DNA from: an uncultured Gaiellaceae bacterium
GTDB lineage: Bacteria; Actinomycetota; Thermoleophilia; Gaiellales; Gaiellaceae
Length of the DNA: 64,000 bases
NCBI GenBank assembly: GCA_963787085.1
Contig: CAWBBO010000008.1
Span: 11,146 to 75,145 of the forward strand
Reading direction: 5' to 3'
The position numbers and the translations under genes were made by a program. Positions 40,509-50,193 of this stretch are shown here, one piece after another (the stretch's first letter is position 1; each line of letters begins with the position of its first letter). The notes under the pieces are model-generated. The model was not told the DNA's origin and did no database searches. It worked only from the letters and a program-made list of their open reading frames with translations.

Positions 40509-42539
40509 ATGAGACCGACGGTGGCTGCGGCTCACGGGCGTGACGGTGCTGGCCGTGGTCCTGTTCGCCGGTGCCGTCGCCGCTCCGGCGGCTGCAAGCG
40601 ACCGTGACCGCTCGACGATCCTCGTCAAGTTCTCGATCCCGTCGCAGATGTCAGGGATCCTCGGCGCGTACGGAGACCGGGCAGGCGACCGGCTGGCCGA
40701 CGGCACCCTGATCGTACGACTGGCGGCCGGACGCTCCTCGAGTGGCGCCGTCACGTCGTACTCCCGGCTGTTCGGGGTCGAGTTCGCCGAGCCGAACTAC
40801 GTCGCGACCGCCGACCTCGACTCGCCGACCGACCCCTCGTTCGCCGCGCAATGGGGCCTCTCTGCGATCTCCGCAGTGAGTGGCTGGTCACGCCTCTTCG
40901 CCGCCTACCCGACGACGCTCGCCGGCCCCACCATCGCCGTCGTCGACACCGGCGTCCAGGCAAGCCATCCCGACCTCAGCGGGCGCGTCCTGACCGGGGC
41001 GAACTGCGTCGGCAACACCGGCACCTGCGCGAACGGGAACTCCGACGACGACAACGACCACGGCACGCACGTGGCCGGCATCGCAGCCGCGAAGACGAAC
41101 AACGGCGTGGGCATCGCGGGCATCGCGCTCACGTCGCCGCATCCTGCCCGTCAAGGTGCTCAACGCGAGCGGCTCGGGCTACTACTCGGCGATCGCAGCG
41201 GGAATCGACTGGGCCGTCGCGAACGGCGCCCAGGTGATCAACATGAGCCTCTCCGGCACTGCATCGTCGGCGGCGCTCTGCAACGCCGTCGCCCGTGCCG
41301 TCAACGCCAACGTCGTCGTCGTGACGGCAGCCGGGAACAACAGCTCGTCGGCTCCCGTGTACCCGGCGGCGTGCCCCGGCGCGATCGGCGTCGCGGCCAC
41401 GACCTCAACCGGCGCCGCCGCCTCCTATTCGAACTTCGGGTCACCGAACGTGTTCGTCTCCGCCCCCGGGTCGGGGATCTACTCGACGATCGCCGGCAGC
41501 ACCTATGCGACATTCAACGGGACGTCGATGGCCGCCCCGCACGTCGCCGGGCTCGCCGCCCTGCTGCGCGGCGCAGACCCCCGGCCTCTCGGTCGCCGGC
41601 CTCAAGAGCGTCCTGGCAACGACGTCGGACAAGGTCGGCAGCGTCACGCTACGGCGCCGACCCGTACGCGACGTGCGCCGGGTGCACCTGGTCGTCGGCG
41701 TACGGCTACGGGCGCATCAACCTCGATCGCGCGCTCGGAGGCGGCGCGCCCCCCCGCCTCCGCCTCCACCCCCGCCTCCGACGGACACGACACCGCCGAC
41801 GCAGCCGACCGGACTGGCGCGCGACAGCCGTCGGGACGAGCATCAACCTCTCCTGGACCGCCTCGACCGACAACGTCGGGGTCACCGGCTACGACGTGGA
41901 GCGGTGCCAGGGCACCGCGTGCTCCGCCTTCGCGCCGATCGGCACGTCGGCGACGACGAGCTTCGCCGACAGCGGCCTGCCCAATTCGACGTCGTTCAGC
42001 TACCGGGTGCGCGCCAAGGACCTCGTGGGCCTGGCGAGCGCCGTACTCGAACACGGCGCCAGCGCGACGACCGCCGCCCCACCGCCGAGCTCGCTCACGA
42101 CGACGTTCCCGACCGCGGTGACGGTCGTGGCGGGAACAGCGACGGCAGGGAACGCTGCGAGCCTGGCCACGGTCGACCAGAGCTACTACACCGTACGCTC
42201 CGCGTTGTTCTCGAGCGCGAGCTGGTACGGCACCTTCACGGCCGCCTGCCAACGCATCCGACTTCAAGGTCACGTACACGGGATTCGCGTCGCGGACGTG
42301 CACGCTCTCCCTCTCGATGTACCGGTGGACGACGGCGACCTGGGTGACCGTGGGCACGTCGCGATCGATCGGAACGTCGCAAGTCACGATCGCCGACGCG
42401 GCGCCGCCGGCGTCCGTGCCGGCCGCCGATCTCCGCAGCGCCGCGGGTCAGGTGCGCGTCCGCGTCAGCTGCTCGGCGTTCACGCTTCTCGACCTACACG
42501 TCGAGCACGAACCTGCTGCAGCTGTCGTACCGGTCGTAA
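40509..42539 (+). CDS. Secreted S8 subtilisin-like peptidase with FN3 domain (frameshifted)
   Basis: AVVDTG, HGTHVAG, AAGN, GTSMAAPHVAG; FN3 LSWTASTDNVGVTGY. Confidence 0.9.
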
Positions 42540-42555
42540 CCCGAACGAAGCGTGT

Positions 42556-43644
42556 CTAGGCGGTCAGGCCCGCCTCGGCGAGCGGCCGGCGGCCCCACGC
42601 GAAGGTCTTCGCATACCAGCCCTGCATCGGCACGAGCGTGGTGCCGTAGTTGGACGAGTGCGCCATCCAGCCGTTGCCCACGTAGATCCCCATGTGGCCG
42701 ACCTCGGCAGGCTTCGACTTGACGCCACGGCTGCCGAAGAAGACGAGGTCGCCGGGTTGCAGAGCCTCGATCGGGATCCGTGCGTCCTTCTTCACCTCGC
42801 CGCTCATCGAGTACGTCGAGCGACCCTTCAGGATCTCGCCGAGTGAGGGGGCGCCGTCGAACGGCTGCAGCTTGTAGACACGCCACACGAACCCGGAGCA
42901 GTCGAAGCCGCCCGGAGCCGAGACGAGGCCACCCGGAGCCGTGGCGCTCCACAGCTTCTGGCGCTTCTCCGACACACCCGTCCAGACGTACGGGTAGCCG
43001 ACGAACCTCAACGCCCGCGCGAGCACCAGGCGCTGCCAGTCACCGAGCTGCGGCAGCGCGAATCCCTGCGAGAGCTGGTCGACGTAGGCGATCGCATCGG
43101 GGCCGAGTTGCAGCACGCGCGCGAACGAGTAGGCGGCCTCGGCACGCGTCGCAGGCTGGTTCGGCAGCAACTCCAGCTCGTCCTGGCCCTGCGGGTGGTT
43201 GAGCCGAAGACCGAGGAGCCGTGCGACCGTCTCGGTGCCGAGCATCCCCGTCGGCTCGAGCAGGGCATCGCGGGCGGCGATCCGGAACCGGCGGGCGGAC
43301 GGGAGCAGCCCGAGCGCCGCCACGATCTGCGCGTCGAGCTCCCGCATCGTCACCACTCGCTCCGGATTCGCCGGCTCCCTCGCCGTCTTCCCGAGCGCGG
43401 TCAGCGCCTGGTAGAGCTCGCCGCGGCTGAGTGGGTCGTCCGGGCGAAAGGAGGCGACATCCGTGCCGAGAACTCCGGCGGAGACGACCGATACGATCTG
43501 CCCGGCCGCCCAGCTCGGCGCGCCGGCGGCCGCGGCCGCAGGAGCGGCGGGAGCCGGCCCGGAGATCGGCGAGGCGGCGCCGGCTGCCCCTGCAAACAGG
43601 CATCCGAGCGCGACAAACGCCGTGATCGCTGCGACGCGTCTCAT
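42556..43644 (-). CDS. NlpC/P60 peptidoglycan hydrolase with SLH-like domains
   Basis: FRPDDPLSRGE, PATRAEAA, GYPYVW, GFDCSGFV, PGDLVFF, HMGIYVGNG. Confidence 0.9.
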   Translation of the reverse strand: MRRVAAITAFVALGCLFAGAAGAASPISGPAPAAPAAAAAGAPSWAAGQIVSVVSAGVLGTDVASFRPDDPLSRGELYQALTALGKTAREPANPERVVTMRELDAQIVAALGLLPSARRFRIAARDALLEPTGMLGTETVARLLGLRLNHPQGQDELELLPNQPATRAEAAYSFARVLQLGPDAIAYVDQLSQGFALPQLGDWQRLVLARALRFVGYPYVWTGVSEKRQKLWSATAPGGLVSAPGGFDCSGFVWRVYKLQPFDGAPSLGEILKGRSTYSMSGEVKKDARIPIEALQPGDLVFFGSRGVKSKPAEVGHMGIYVGNGWMAHSSNYGTTLVPMQGWYAKTFAWGRRPLAEAGLTA

Positions 43645-43751
43645 CACTCCCTCTATCGGCGGCGCCGATTGCGGCCTGAACCCGAACGGACGAGCCACCT
43701 GTAAGGAATCGGTAATCCGGCACCGTAGCTGTCCAGATACAGTCGAGTCGG

Positions 43752-44240
43752 ATGAGACGAGCCGGGGTCCTCGTTTTCGTCGCCGGCGCGCTCTCGCTCG
43801 CGCTCGCGGCGGCTGGCATGGCGGCAGGCCGTCCGCCGGCTCCTGCGATCGCCGGGCCCACCGTCACGGGCGGCTCCGCCTCGCTGGCAGAGCTCCGCGG
43901 CAAGCCGGTATTCGTCAACGTCTGGTCGTCCTGGTGAGGCACCTGCCAGAGCGAGGCGGGTGCCTACGCACGTTGGGTGAAGCAGCAAGGCAGCCGCTAT
44001 CGCTTCCTCGGTCTCAACGCGGCTGACACGCAGCCGACGGCACGCGCCTTCCTGAAGCGCTACGGGTGGACGTGGCCGTCGATCAGCGACCCGCAACGAC
44101 GTCTCGCCCGCCGCTTCGGGGTCGACTACCAGCCCGCGGTGATCCTGATCGACGCCAGGGGCCGCGTCGTCGCCGGCTTCGAGGGCTACGGCACGCCCGC
44201 CCGCTGGAACGCATTGAAGAGCAAGCTGCGCATGCCGTAG
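43752..44240 (+). CDS. TlpA/ResA-like thiol-disulfide oxidoreductase, putative selenoprotein (in-frame TGA 43935-43937)
   Basis: GKPVFVNVWSSW-U-GTCQSE continues in the same frame to FGVDYQP..ILID.RGRV; hairpin immediately after the TGA. Confidence 0.8.
43938..43964 (+). promoter_or_regulatory. Candidate SECIS-like hairpin
   Basis: GGCACCTGCC-AGAGCGA-GGCGGGTGCC, 10-bp stem with one G-U pair, directly 3' of the TGA. Confidence 0.55.
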
Positions 44241-44291
44241 CTACGCTCGTCGCCGCATGACGGACGACGACCGCAGCCGGGAGGTGCGCCG

Positions 44292-45938
44292 GTGACGCTG
44301 CTGGCAGGACGCGCTCTGCGCAAGTCGTTCGGCTCCCGCCTGATCCTCGACGGCGCCGACCTCACGGTCGAGCCGGGCGCCCGCATCGGCGTCGTCGGAC
44401 CGAACGGCAGCGGCAAGTCGACGCTGATGAAGCTCCTCGCCGGCCTCGAGACGCCCGACGCCGGTGAGGTCACGCGCCGGCGCGGGGCTGTCGTCGCGTA
44501 CCTCGACCAGCACCCGCCCGGGGACGCGCGCACGGCGCTCGAGACCGTCCTCGCCGCCCGGCCCGACCTGATCGAGCTCGAGCGGGAGCTGGCGGCTGTC
44601 GGCAGAGCAGCTGGGCGAGCCGGCGCGTCGCCGGCGACCTCGACCGCATGACCAGGGTGCTTGCGCGGCAGGAGCAGCTGCTCGAGCGCTGGGAGGCAGC
44701 AGGCGGGCCGAGCGTCGACGGGCGGGCGCGCGCGACCCTGCTCGAGCTCGGCCTCGACGACGACGAGCTGCTCCTTCCGACCACGGCGCTCTCGGGCGGG
44801 CAACGCAAGCTGATCGCCCTCGCGGCCTGTCTCGAGCAGCGCCCCGACGTGCTGCTCCTCGACGAGCCCGAAGCGCATCTCGACAACGTCGGACGCGCCC
44901 GCGTGGAGGAGCTCTCACGGCGCTTCGGCGGCGCGATCGTGGCCGTCTCGCACGACCGCTACCTGCTCGACGAGATCGTCACCACGATCGGCTCGCTCGA
45001 CGGCGGCAGCATCAGGATCTGGCCCGGCAACTACTCGGCGTACACGGTCGCCCGCGACCTCGAGCTCGAACGGCAGAAGCAGGCGTACGTGACGCAGCAG
45101 AAGGAGATCGAGCGGCTCGAGGCCGGCGATCCGGCGCTTCAAGCTGTGGGCGTCCTGGGTGCCGGACAAGCGGAACATCCGCCAGGCGAACAACAAGCAG
45201 CGTCAGATCGATCGCATGGAGAAGGTCGACCGCCCGGTGCTGGAGCGCCGCAAGATCGCGCTGCAGCTGCGGTCGACGACGCGCGGCGGCCAGCGCGTCT
45301 TCGAGCTGCGCTCGCTCGGGGTCGCCTTCGGCGACGAGCCGGTCATCGCCGGAGCCGACCTGACCGTCGTGCACGGGGAGCGGATCGGCGTCGTCGGCGA
45401 GAACGGCGCCGGCAAGTCGGTGCTGCTGAAGACGATCGTGGGGGAGCTCGAGCCCACCGAGGGGGTCGTGTGGGTCGGCCCCTCGATCGCGATCGGATAC
45501 CTCGCTCAGGACCAGGACACGCTCGACCCGGAGTCGTCTCCACTCGAGACCGTGCGCCGCGCCGTACCGGTCTCCGAAGCCGATGCGGTCGGCCTCCTGA
45601 TGAAGTTCCTCTTCCCGTACGAGCAGGTACGACGGCCGAACCGCCTCCTCTCGGGCGGTGAGCGCACCCGGCTGCAGCTGCTGCTGCTGACGGTCGCGCG
45701 TCCGAACCTGCTCGTGCTCGACGAGCCGACGAACCACCTCGACATCGAGTCGGTCGAGGTGCTCGAGGCGGCGATCGAGGAGTTCGCCGGCACGGTCGTC
45801 GCGATCTCGCACGACCGCTACTTCCTCGACCGCATCGCCGACCGGATCGTCGAGGTGCGGGACGGCGACGTGGTTGCGAGCGAGGGCGGCTACTCGGCGT
45901 GGCTCGATCGGCGCGAGCGGGTCGACGCAGCCCGCTGA
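44292..45938 (+). CDS. ABC-F family ATPase (two frameshifts)
   Basis: GPNGSGKST, LSGGQ, LLLDEP, VSHDRY; second cassette GENGAGKS, LSGGE, LDEPTNHLD. Confidence 0.92.
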
Positions 45939-45952
45939 CCGAGGATCGCGAG

Positions 45953-46148
45953 TGCCGGCTCCGCCGCCACGGGCCGGGCACGCCCGGCCCCTACACCACC
46001 ACCCACACCCACGAGACGGCTGCGCCACCCGACCCGCCTGCCGGCTCCGCCGCCACGGGCCGGGCACGCCCGGCCCCTACGCCACCACCCACACACGAGA
46101 CAGGCTGCGCCGCCCTCCCGGCCCGTAGGGGCGAGGCGTGCCTCGCTC
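45953..46148. repeat. BIME-like REP cluster: two ~86-bp tandem units plus an inverted GTAG REP
   Basis: GCCGGCTCCGCCGCCACGGGCCGGGCACGCCCGGCCCCTAC twice, then CGTAGGGGCGAGGCGTGCCTCGCTC. Confidence 0.8.
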
Positions 46149-46222
46149 GCGCGCATCCCCACACGATCGCGCACGGCCACCTCCCGACGCGCAGCCCGGA
46201 CGCCGGTGCGTACGCTCCGCTC

Positions 46223-46621
46223 GTGGCGAGGGAGAGCGTCCGCGACTGGCTGCGCTCCGTCGAGCGTGCCGAGCCGGAGGAGCAGTGGACGCTCTACTGC
46301 TTCCTCGCCGGCCAGGCCGTCACCCTCGACGCCGACGAGCTGAACGCTGCGCTGCGACGATCCGAGCTGCTGCTCGCCGCGGGCGGCGATCCGCGGCGTG
46401 CGCCGCAGCTGTACGGCAGGGCCGTGACCGCGCTGGCCGACGACCTGGACACGCCTGCCGCCCGTGCCGAGCTCGCCGCCGGCCTCGCGTCGCTCGCTCT
46501 GGAGGCCGAGGGCCTGCGGGGCGCCGCCGAGGCTCTGCGGCTCCTGCAGCGCGACCCGGACCTCGCCTGGCAGTGCTTCGCGCTCGGGCTCCTCGCCGAG
46601 GAGCTCGCAGGCGACGGCTGA
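46223..46621 (+). CDS. Hypothetical protein
   Basis: GTG start; protein-like ALRRSELLLAAGGDPRR..L.GRAVTALA.DLD. Confidence 0.65.
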   Translation: MARESVRDWLRSVERAEPEEQWTLYCFLAGQAVTLDADELNAALRRSELLLAAGGDPRRAPQLYGRAVTALADDLDTPAARAELAAGLASLALEAEGLRGAAEALRLLQRDPDLAWQCFALGLLAEELAGDG

Positions 46622-46640
46622 CCGAAAGGCGCGCAGCGCA

Positions 46641-46776
46641 CGCGTGGGCGAGGCATGGCCTCGCCCCTACGGATCACAGCGCACACCCCGCGCGTGGGCG
46701 GGGCATGGCCTCGCCCCTACGGATCACAGCGCACACCCCGCGCGTGGGCGAGGCATGGCCTCGCCCCTACGGATCA
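46641..46776. repeat. Three tandem 50-bp units, each carrying a GTAG REP
   Basis: CGCGTGGGCGAGGCATGGCCTCGCCCCTACGGATCA at 46641, 46691 and 46741 with identical linkers. Confidence 0.9.
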
Positions 46777-47607
46777 GGCCGGCATCGTCGGGGCGGTCGC
46801 CGAGGCGCGGCGGATACGCAGATCGCCGGACACCGACTTCGCACGCAGTTCGACGAGCGGTGCGTCGTCGGCCGGCGGCGTCTCGGTGAGCTCGAGCTCC
46901 GAGGTCATGGTGCCGCTCACCGAGCTGGCGTCGACCCACAGCCGCAACCCGGAGCGCATCCCGATCTCGACGTCGCCGGAGACGGACTTCAGGTCGACGT
47001 CCCCTCCGCCGGCAGCGTCGACGCGGACGTCGCCCGACACCGTCGTCACGCGAACGGCCGCCAGAGCCTCGCCGACGTTGAGATCGCCGGAGACGAGCCC
47101 GGCGCTCAACTCGCCGCACACCCGCTTCACCTCGACGTCGCCGGACGCCGTCTTCACCTTCGCCGCACCGAGCACCTCGCCTGCCGCGACGTCGCCGCTC
47201 GCAGTGCTTGCGTCGAGCGCGCCCTGCACGACCTGCAGCGAGAGATCGCCGGAGGCCGACTTCGCGCGCACCGCGCCGAGCCGACCGCGCGCATCGAGAT
47301 CGGCGGCGTCGCTCGTCAGATCCAGATCGGCGCCGTGCGGGCAGCGGATCCGCACGCCGACGCCCGCCTCACGCGCTTTCGCAAAGCCCCAGCGCTTCGG
47401 CACGTCGACCGCGACCTCGTGCCCGTCGTGCAGCTCGTGAAGCTCGATCGAGGTCTCGGCCGCAGCCTCACGCGAGGCCTTGTCGTCACCCAGCGGCATC
47501 ACGTCGACGACCACCTCGGGCACGTCGGCGGTCTCGATCGAGACCTCGCCGGCCCCCAGCGCAACCCGCAGTCGCACCGTCCCCGGTGTCTCGAAGCGGG
47601 CCATCAT
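46774..47607 (-). CDS. DUF4097 beta-strand repeat protein
   Basis: Repeated (K/S)(S/T)(A/V)SGD(V/L) units. Confidence 0.88.
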   Translation of the reverse strand: MMARFETPGTVRLRVALGAGEVSIETADVPEVVVDVMPLGDDKASREAAAETSIELHELHDGHEVAVDVPKRWGFAKAREAGVGVRIRCPHGADLDLTSDAADLDARGRLGAVRAKSASGDLSLQVVQGALDASTASGDVAAGEVLGAAKVKTASGDVEVKRVCGELSAGLVSGDLNVGEALAAVRVTTVSGDVRVDAAGGGDVDLKSVSGDVEIGMRSGLRLWVDASSVSGTMTSELELTETPPADDAPLVELRAKSVSGDLRIRRASATAPTMPA

Positions 47608-47750
47608 GCCTCCCGGTGACGATTGCCGTCGGGCCGGCCGAGGAACCTTCGCAGGCGGCTACCGTCACCACGGCGGCCCGGCGGGCGCCGGCGCGGCGGG
47701 TCGACCTCGGGGATCTCGACATGACCGAATGGGGTGGCATGGATGGACAT
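47604..47750 (-). CDS. Small hypothetical protein
   Basis: AGGAGGT RBS; 48 aa; ATGA overlap with the DUF4097 gene. Confidence 0.55.
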   Translation of the reverse strand: MSIHATPFGHVEIPEVDPPRRRPPGRRGDGSRLRRFLGRPDGNRHREA

Positions 47751-47769
47751 GGAAGTCACCTCCTGGTGA

Positions 47770-48231
47770 TCAGCTCCGGGCAAAGCCCTGCAGTCGATGC
47801 CCGCCGCGCACGCGGGACGCGCGCGGCTCGAGCGCACGCGCGAGCGCGCGCACGATCCAGGCATTGGTGGAAACGCCCTCGCGGGCTGCGGCGGCCTCGA
47901 CCTGCGCCTTGAGGCCTTCCGGCAGCCGAAGGGTGATACGGGCGCTCGTGTCGTCGCCGGGAAAGCTGGGCGCCTCGTCCGTGGCGCCGGGCTCCTCGAC
48001 GAGGACGAGCTCCGGGTCACGGCCGGCGAGGCGCACCTCTACGTGACCGGAGGTCAACTGTGCATTCAGCGCCAGCGACGCTTCGGTGAGCACGTCGAGC
48101 AGCCGCAGCTGCAGCGACGACTCGACCGCCGTCGACAGCCGGCGGCCGGCCTCGGCGGCATCGTCGCCGCCGAGCGCGGCCGCCGCAGTCAGGTCGGCCT
48201 GGATCGAGAGGACATGACGTGAAAGATCCAT
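47770..48231 (-). CDS. RHH (HicB-like C-terminal) DNA-binding protein
   Basis: ARITLRLPEGLKAQVEAAAAREGVSTNAWIVRAL; arrangement upstream of DUF4097 is common in actinobacteria. Confidence 0.8.
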   Translation of the reverse strand: MDLSRHVLSIQADLTAAAALGGDDAAEAGRRLSTAVESSLQLRLLDVLTEASLALNAQLTSGHVEVRLAGRDPELVLVEEPGATDEAPSFPGDDTSARITLRLPEGLKAQVEAAAAREGVSTNAWIVRALARALEPRASRVRGGHRLQGFARS

Positions 48232-48237
48232 AGCACC

Positions 48238-48265
48238 ACTATGACATCATTTTGATGTCTGTCAA
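48238..48265 (-). promoter_or_regulatory. Leaderless-type promoter with palindromic operator
   Basis: TTGACA-16nt-CATAGT-6nt-ATG; GACATCA-ttt-TGATGTC between the hexamers. Confidence 0.7.
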
Positions 48266-48435
48266 GCGCCGATCTGGTGCAGAACGACGTCACGGCGGCG
48301 TCAGCTGCTAGTGTTGGCCGGCTGCCCGCCTGGAGGTGACGCTCCGGCGGCACGCCGCCACTCGCTGTCTCGTGGCGGCTTTTCGTCCGCCCGTCCCGCG
48401 CGCAGCAGCGCGCACAACAGGAGAGAACCCCCGAC

Positions 48436-50193
48436 GTGAGCTCCGTCGACCCACCCGACCTGACCCTGTGGCCGACGCTACGGCACCTGTTCCCGCTCTG
48501 GCGGGCGCAGTGGCGGCCGGTCCTGCTCGGGCTCAGCTGCGCCTTCGTCTTCACGGGGCTGTCCCTCGCGATCCCGATCCTGATCCAGCGCACGATCGAC
48601 AACGCCCTCGACGGCGGCGACTCCGGCGTGCTCGTGCCCTACCTCGCCGCCATCGTCGTCATCGCGGCGCTGCGCTTCGCCGTCAACTTCGCCCGCCGCT
48701 ACGCGACGGCGCGCATCGGGATCGCCGTCGAGGCTCGTCTGCGCAGCATGCTGTACGAGGCCTACCTGCGCTACCCGCGCGCCTTCTACGACCGCCACGC
48801 GACGGGCGAGGTGATCTCGCGCGCGACGAACGACATCTATCCGGTGCGCTACTTCATCGGCTGGGGGGTCGTGCAGGCGCTGCAGAGCGTGATGATGCTC
48901 GTCGGCGCCGGGATCGTGCTGACGATGGTGAACGCCCGGCTCGCCCTCTTCGCCGCGCTCGCGATGCCGCCGATCGCGATCCTCACGTACATCTTCGCGC
49001 GACGCGTCTTCCCCATCTCCCGCAAGGTGCAGGAACGGAAGGGGCACCTGACGGAGGCATCGGACGAGGCCGTCGTGGGGATCGAGATGGTGCAGGCGTT
49101 CGGGCGCGAGGACGACGTCCGCGACCGCTTCCACGAGCGGGCGGAGGCCGTGCGCCACGAGACCATGCGGCAGGCGTCGGTCGAGGCCCGCTTCCTCCCG
49201 GGCCTGATCTTCCTGCCGACGCTCGGCATTGCCGCCGTCCTCTTCTTCGGCGGGCGCGACGCGATCGCCGGCAACCTCACAGTCGGCCAGTTCACGCTCT
49301 TCATCACGCTGCTGCTCCAGCTCGTCTGGCCGCTCGAAGCGCTCGGCTGGATCATCAACCTGGGCCAGCGCGCCACGGCGGCGGCGTCACGGAGCTTCGC
49401 CTGGCTCGACGGCATCGAGCCGCTGCCCGAGCGCTCGCAGCCGCAGTCGCTCCCCGCCGGGCCGCTCACCGTCGCGCTCGAGAACGTGCATTTCCGCTAC
49501 GGCGGAGGGACGGAGGTGCTCTCGGGCATCGACCTCCGGGTCTCGCCCGGCGAGATCGTCGCGGTGTGCGGCTCGACAGGATCGGGCAAGACGTCGCTGC
49601 TCAACCTCATCCCCCGCTTCTACGACCCCACCGACGGCCGGGTGCTGGTCGGCGGCGTCGACGCGCGCGACCTGGCGTTGTCCGAGCTGCGGCGTTCGGT
49701 CGCGATCGTGACCCAGAAGCCGGTGCTCTTCTCGGTGCCCCTGCGGGACAACCTGCTCGCGGCACGCCCTGACGCCGACTGGTCCGACGTGCTCGACGCG
49801 TGCGAGGCCGCTGGCGTCGCCGCCTTCGCAGAGGGATTGCCGGACGGCTACGACACGCTGATCGGCGAGCGCGGCGTCAATCTCTCGGGCGGCCAGCGCC
49901 AGCGCGTCGCGCTCGCCCGGGCGCTCGTCGCCGGGGCTCGCGTGATCGTCCTGGACGACCCCATGTCGGCGGTCGACACAGAGACCGAGCGCCATCTCGT
50001 CGAGAACCTGCGCCCCGCCCTCGCGGGCCGCACGGTGCTGATCTCCGGTCAGCGCCTGTCGACCGTGCTCGTGGCCGACCGTGCCGTCGTCGTCCACGAC
50101 GGCCGCATCGTCGAGGACGGCCTGCCGGAGGACCTGATCCGCCGCGGCGGCCGCTTCGCCGCTCTCTTCGGAGACGAGGCACTTGCCGCGTAG
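48436..50193 (+). CDS. ABC exporter subunit (TMD+NBD)
   Basis: Six TM; GSTGSGKT, LSGGQRQR, degenerate LDDP and Q in place of the switch His. Confidence 0.93.
   Translation: MSSVDPPDLTLWPTLRHLFPLWRAQWRPVLLGLSCAFVFTGLSLAIPILIQRTIDNALDGGDSGVLVPYLAAIVVIAALRFAVNFARRYATARIGIAVEARLRSMLYEAYLRYPRAFYDRHATGEVISRATNDIYPVRYFIGWGVVQALQSVMMLVGAGIVLTMVNARLALFAALAMPPIAILTYIFARRVFPISRKVQERKGHLTEASDEAVVGIEMVQAFGREDDVRDRFHERAEAVRHETMRQASVEARFLPGLIFLPTLGIAAVLFFGGRDAIAGNLTVGQFTLFITLLLQLVWPLEALGWIINLGQRATAAASRSFAWLDGIEPLPERSQPQSLPAGPLTVALENVHFRYGGGTEVLSGIDLRVSPGEIVAVCGSTGSGKTSLLNLIPRFYDPTDGRVLVGGVDARDLALSELRRSVAIVTQKPVLFSVPLRDNLLAARPDADWSDVLDACEAAGVAAFAEGLPDGYDTLIGERGVNLSGGQRQRVALARALVAGARVIVLDDPMSAVDTETERHLVENLRPALAGRTVLISGQRLSTVLVADRAVVVHDGRIVEDGLPEDLIRRGGRFAALFGDEALAA

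Noticed and set aside
46641-46776. Possible CRISPR array (palindromic repeat three times at a fixed period)
   Set aside because: The linkers are identical rather than unique spacers, the repeat is a GTAG REP found elsewhere in the window, and no cas genes are present.
47770-48231. Additional TA module (HicB-like annotation)
   Set aside because: There is no toxin partner; an RHH regulator upstream of DUF4097 is a common actinobacterial arrangement.
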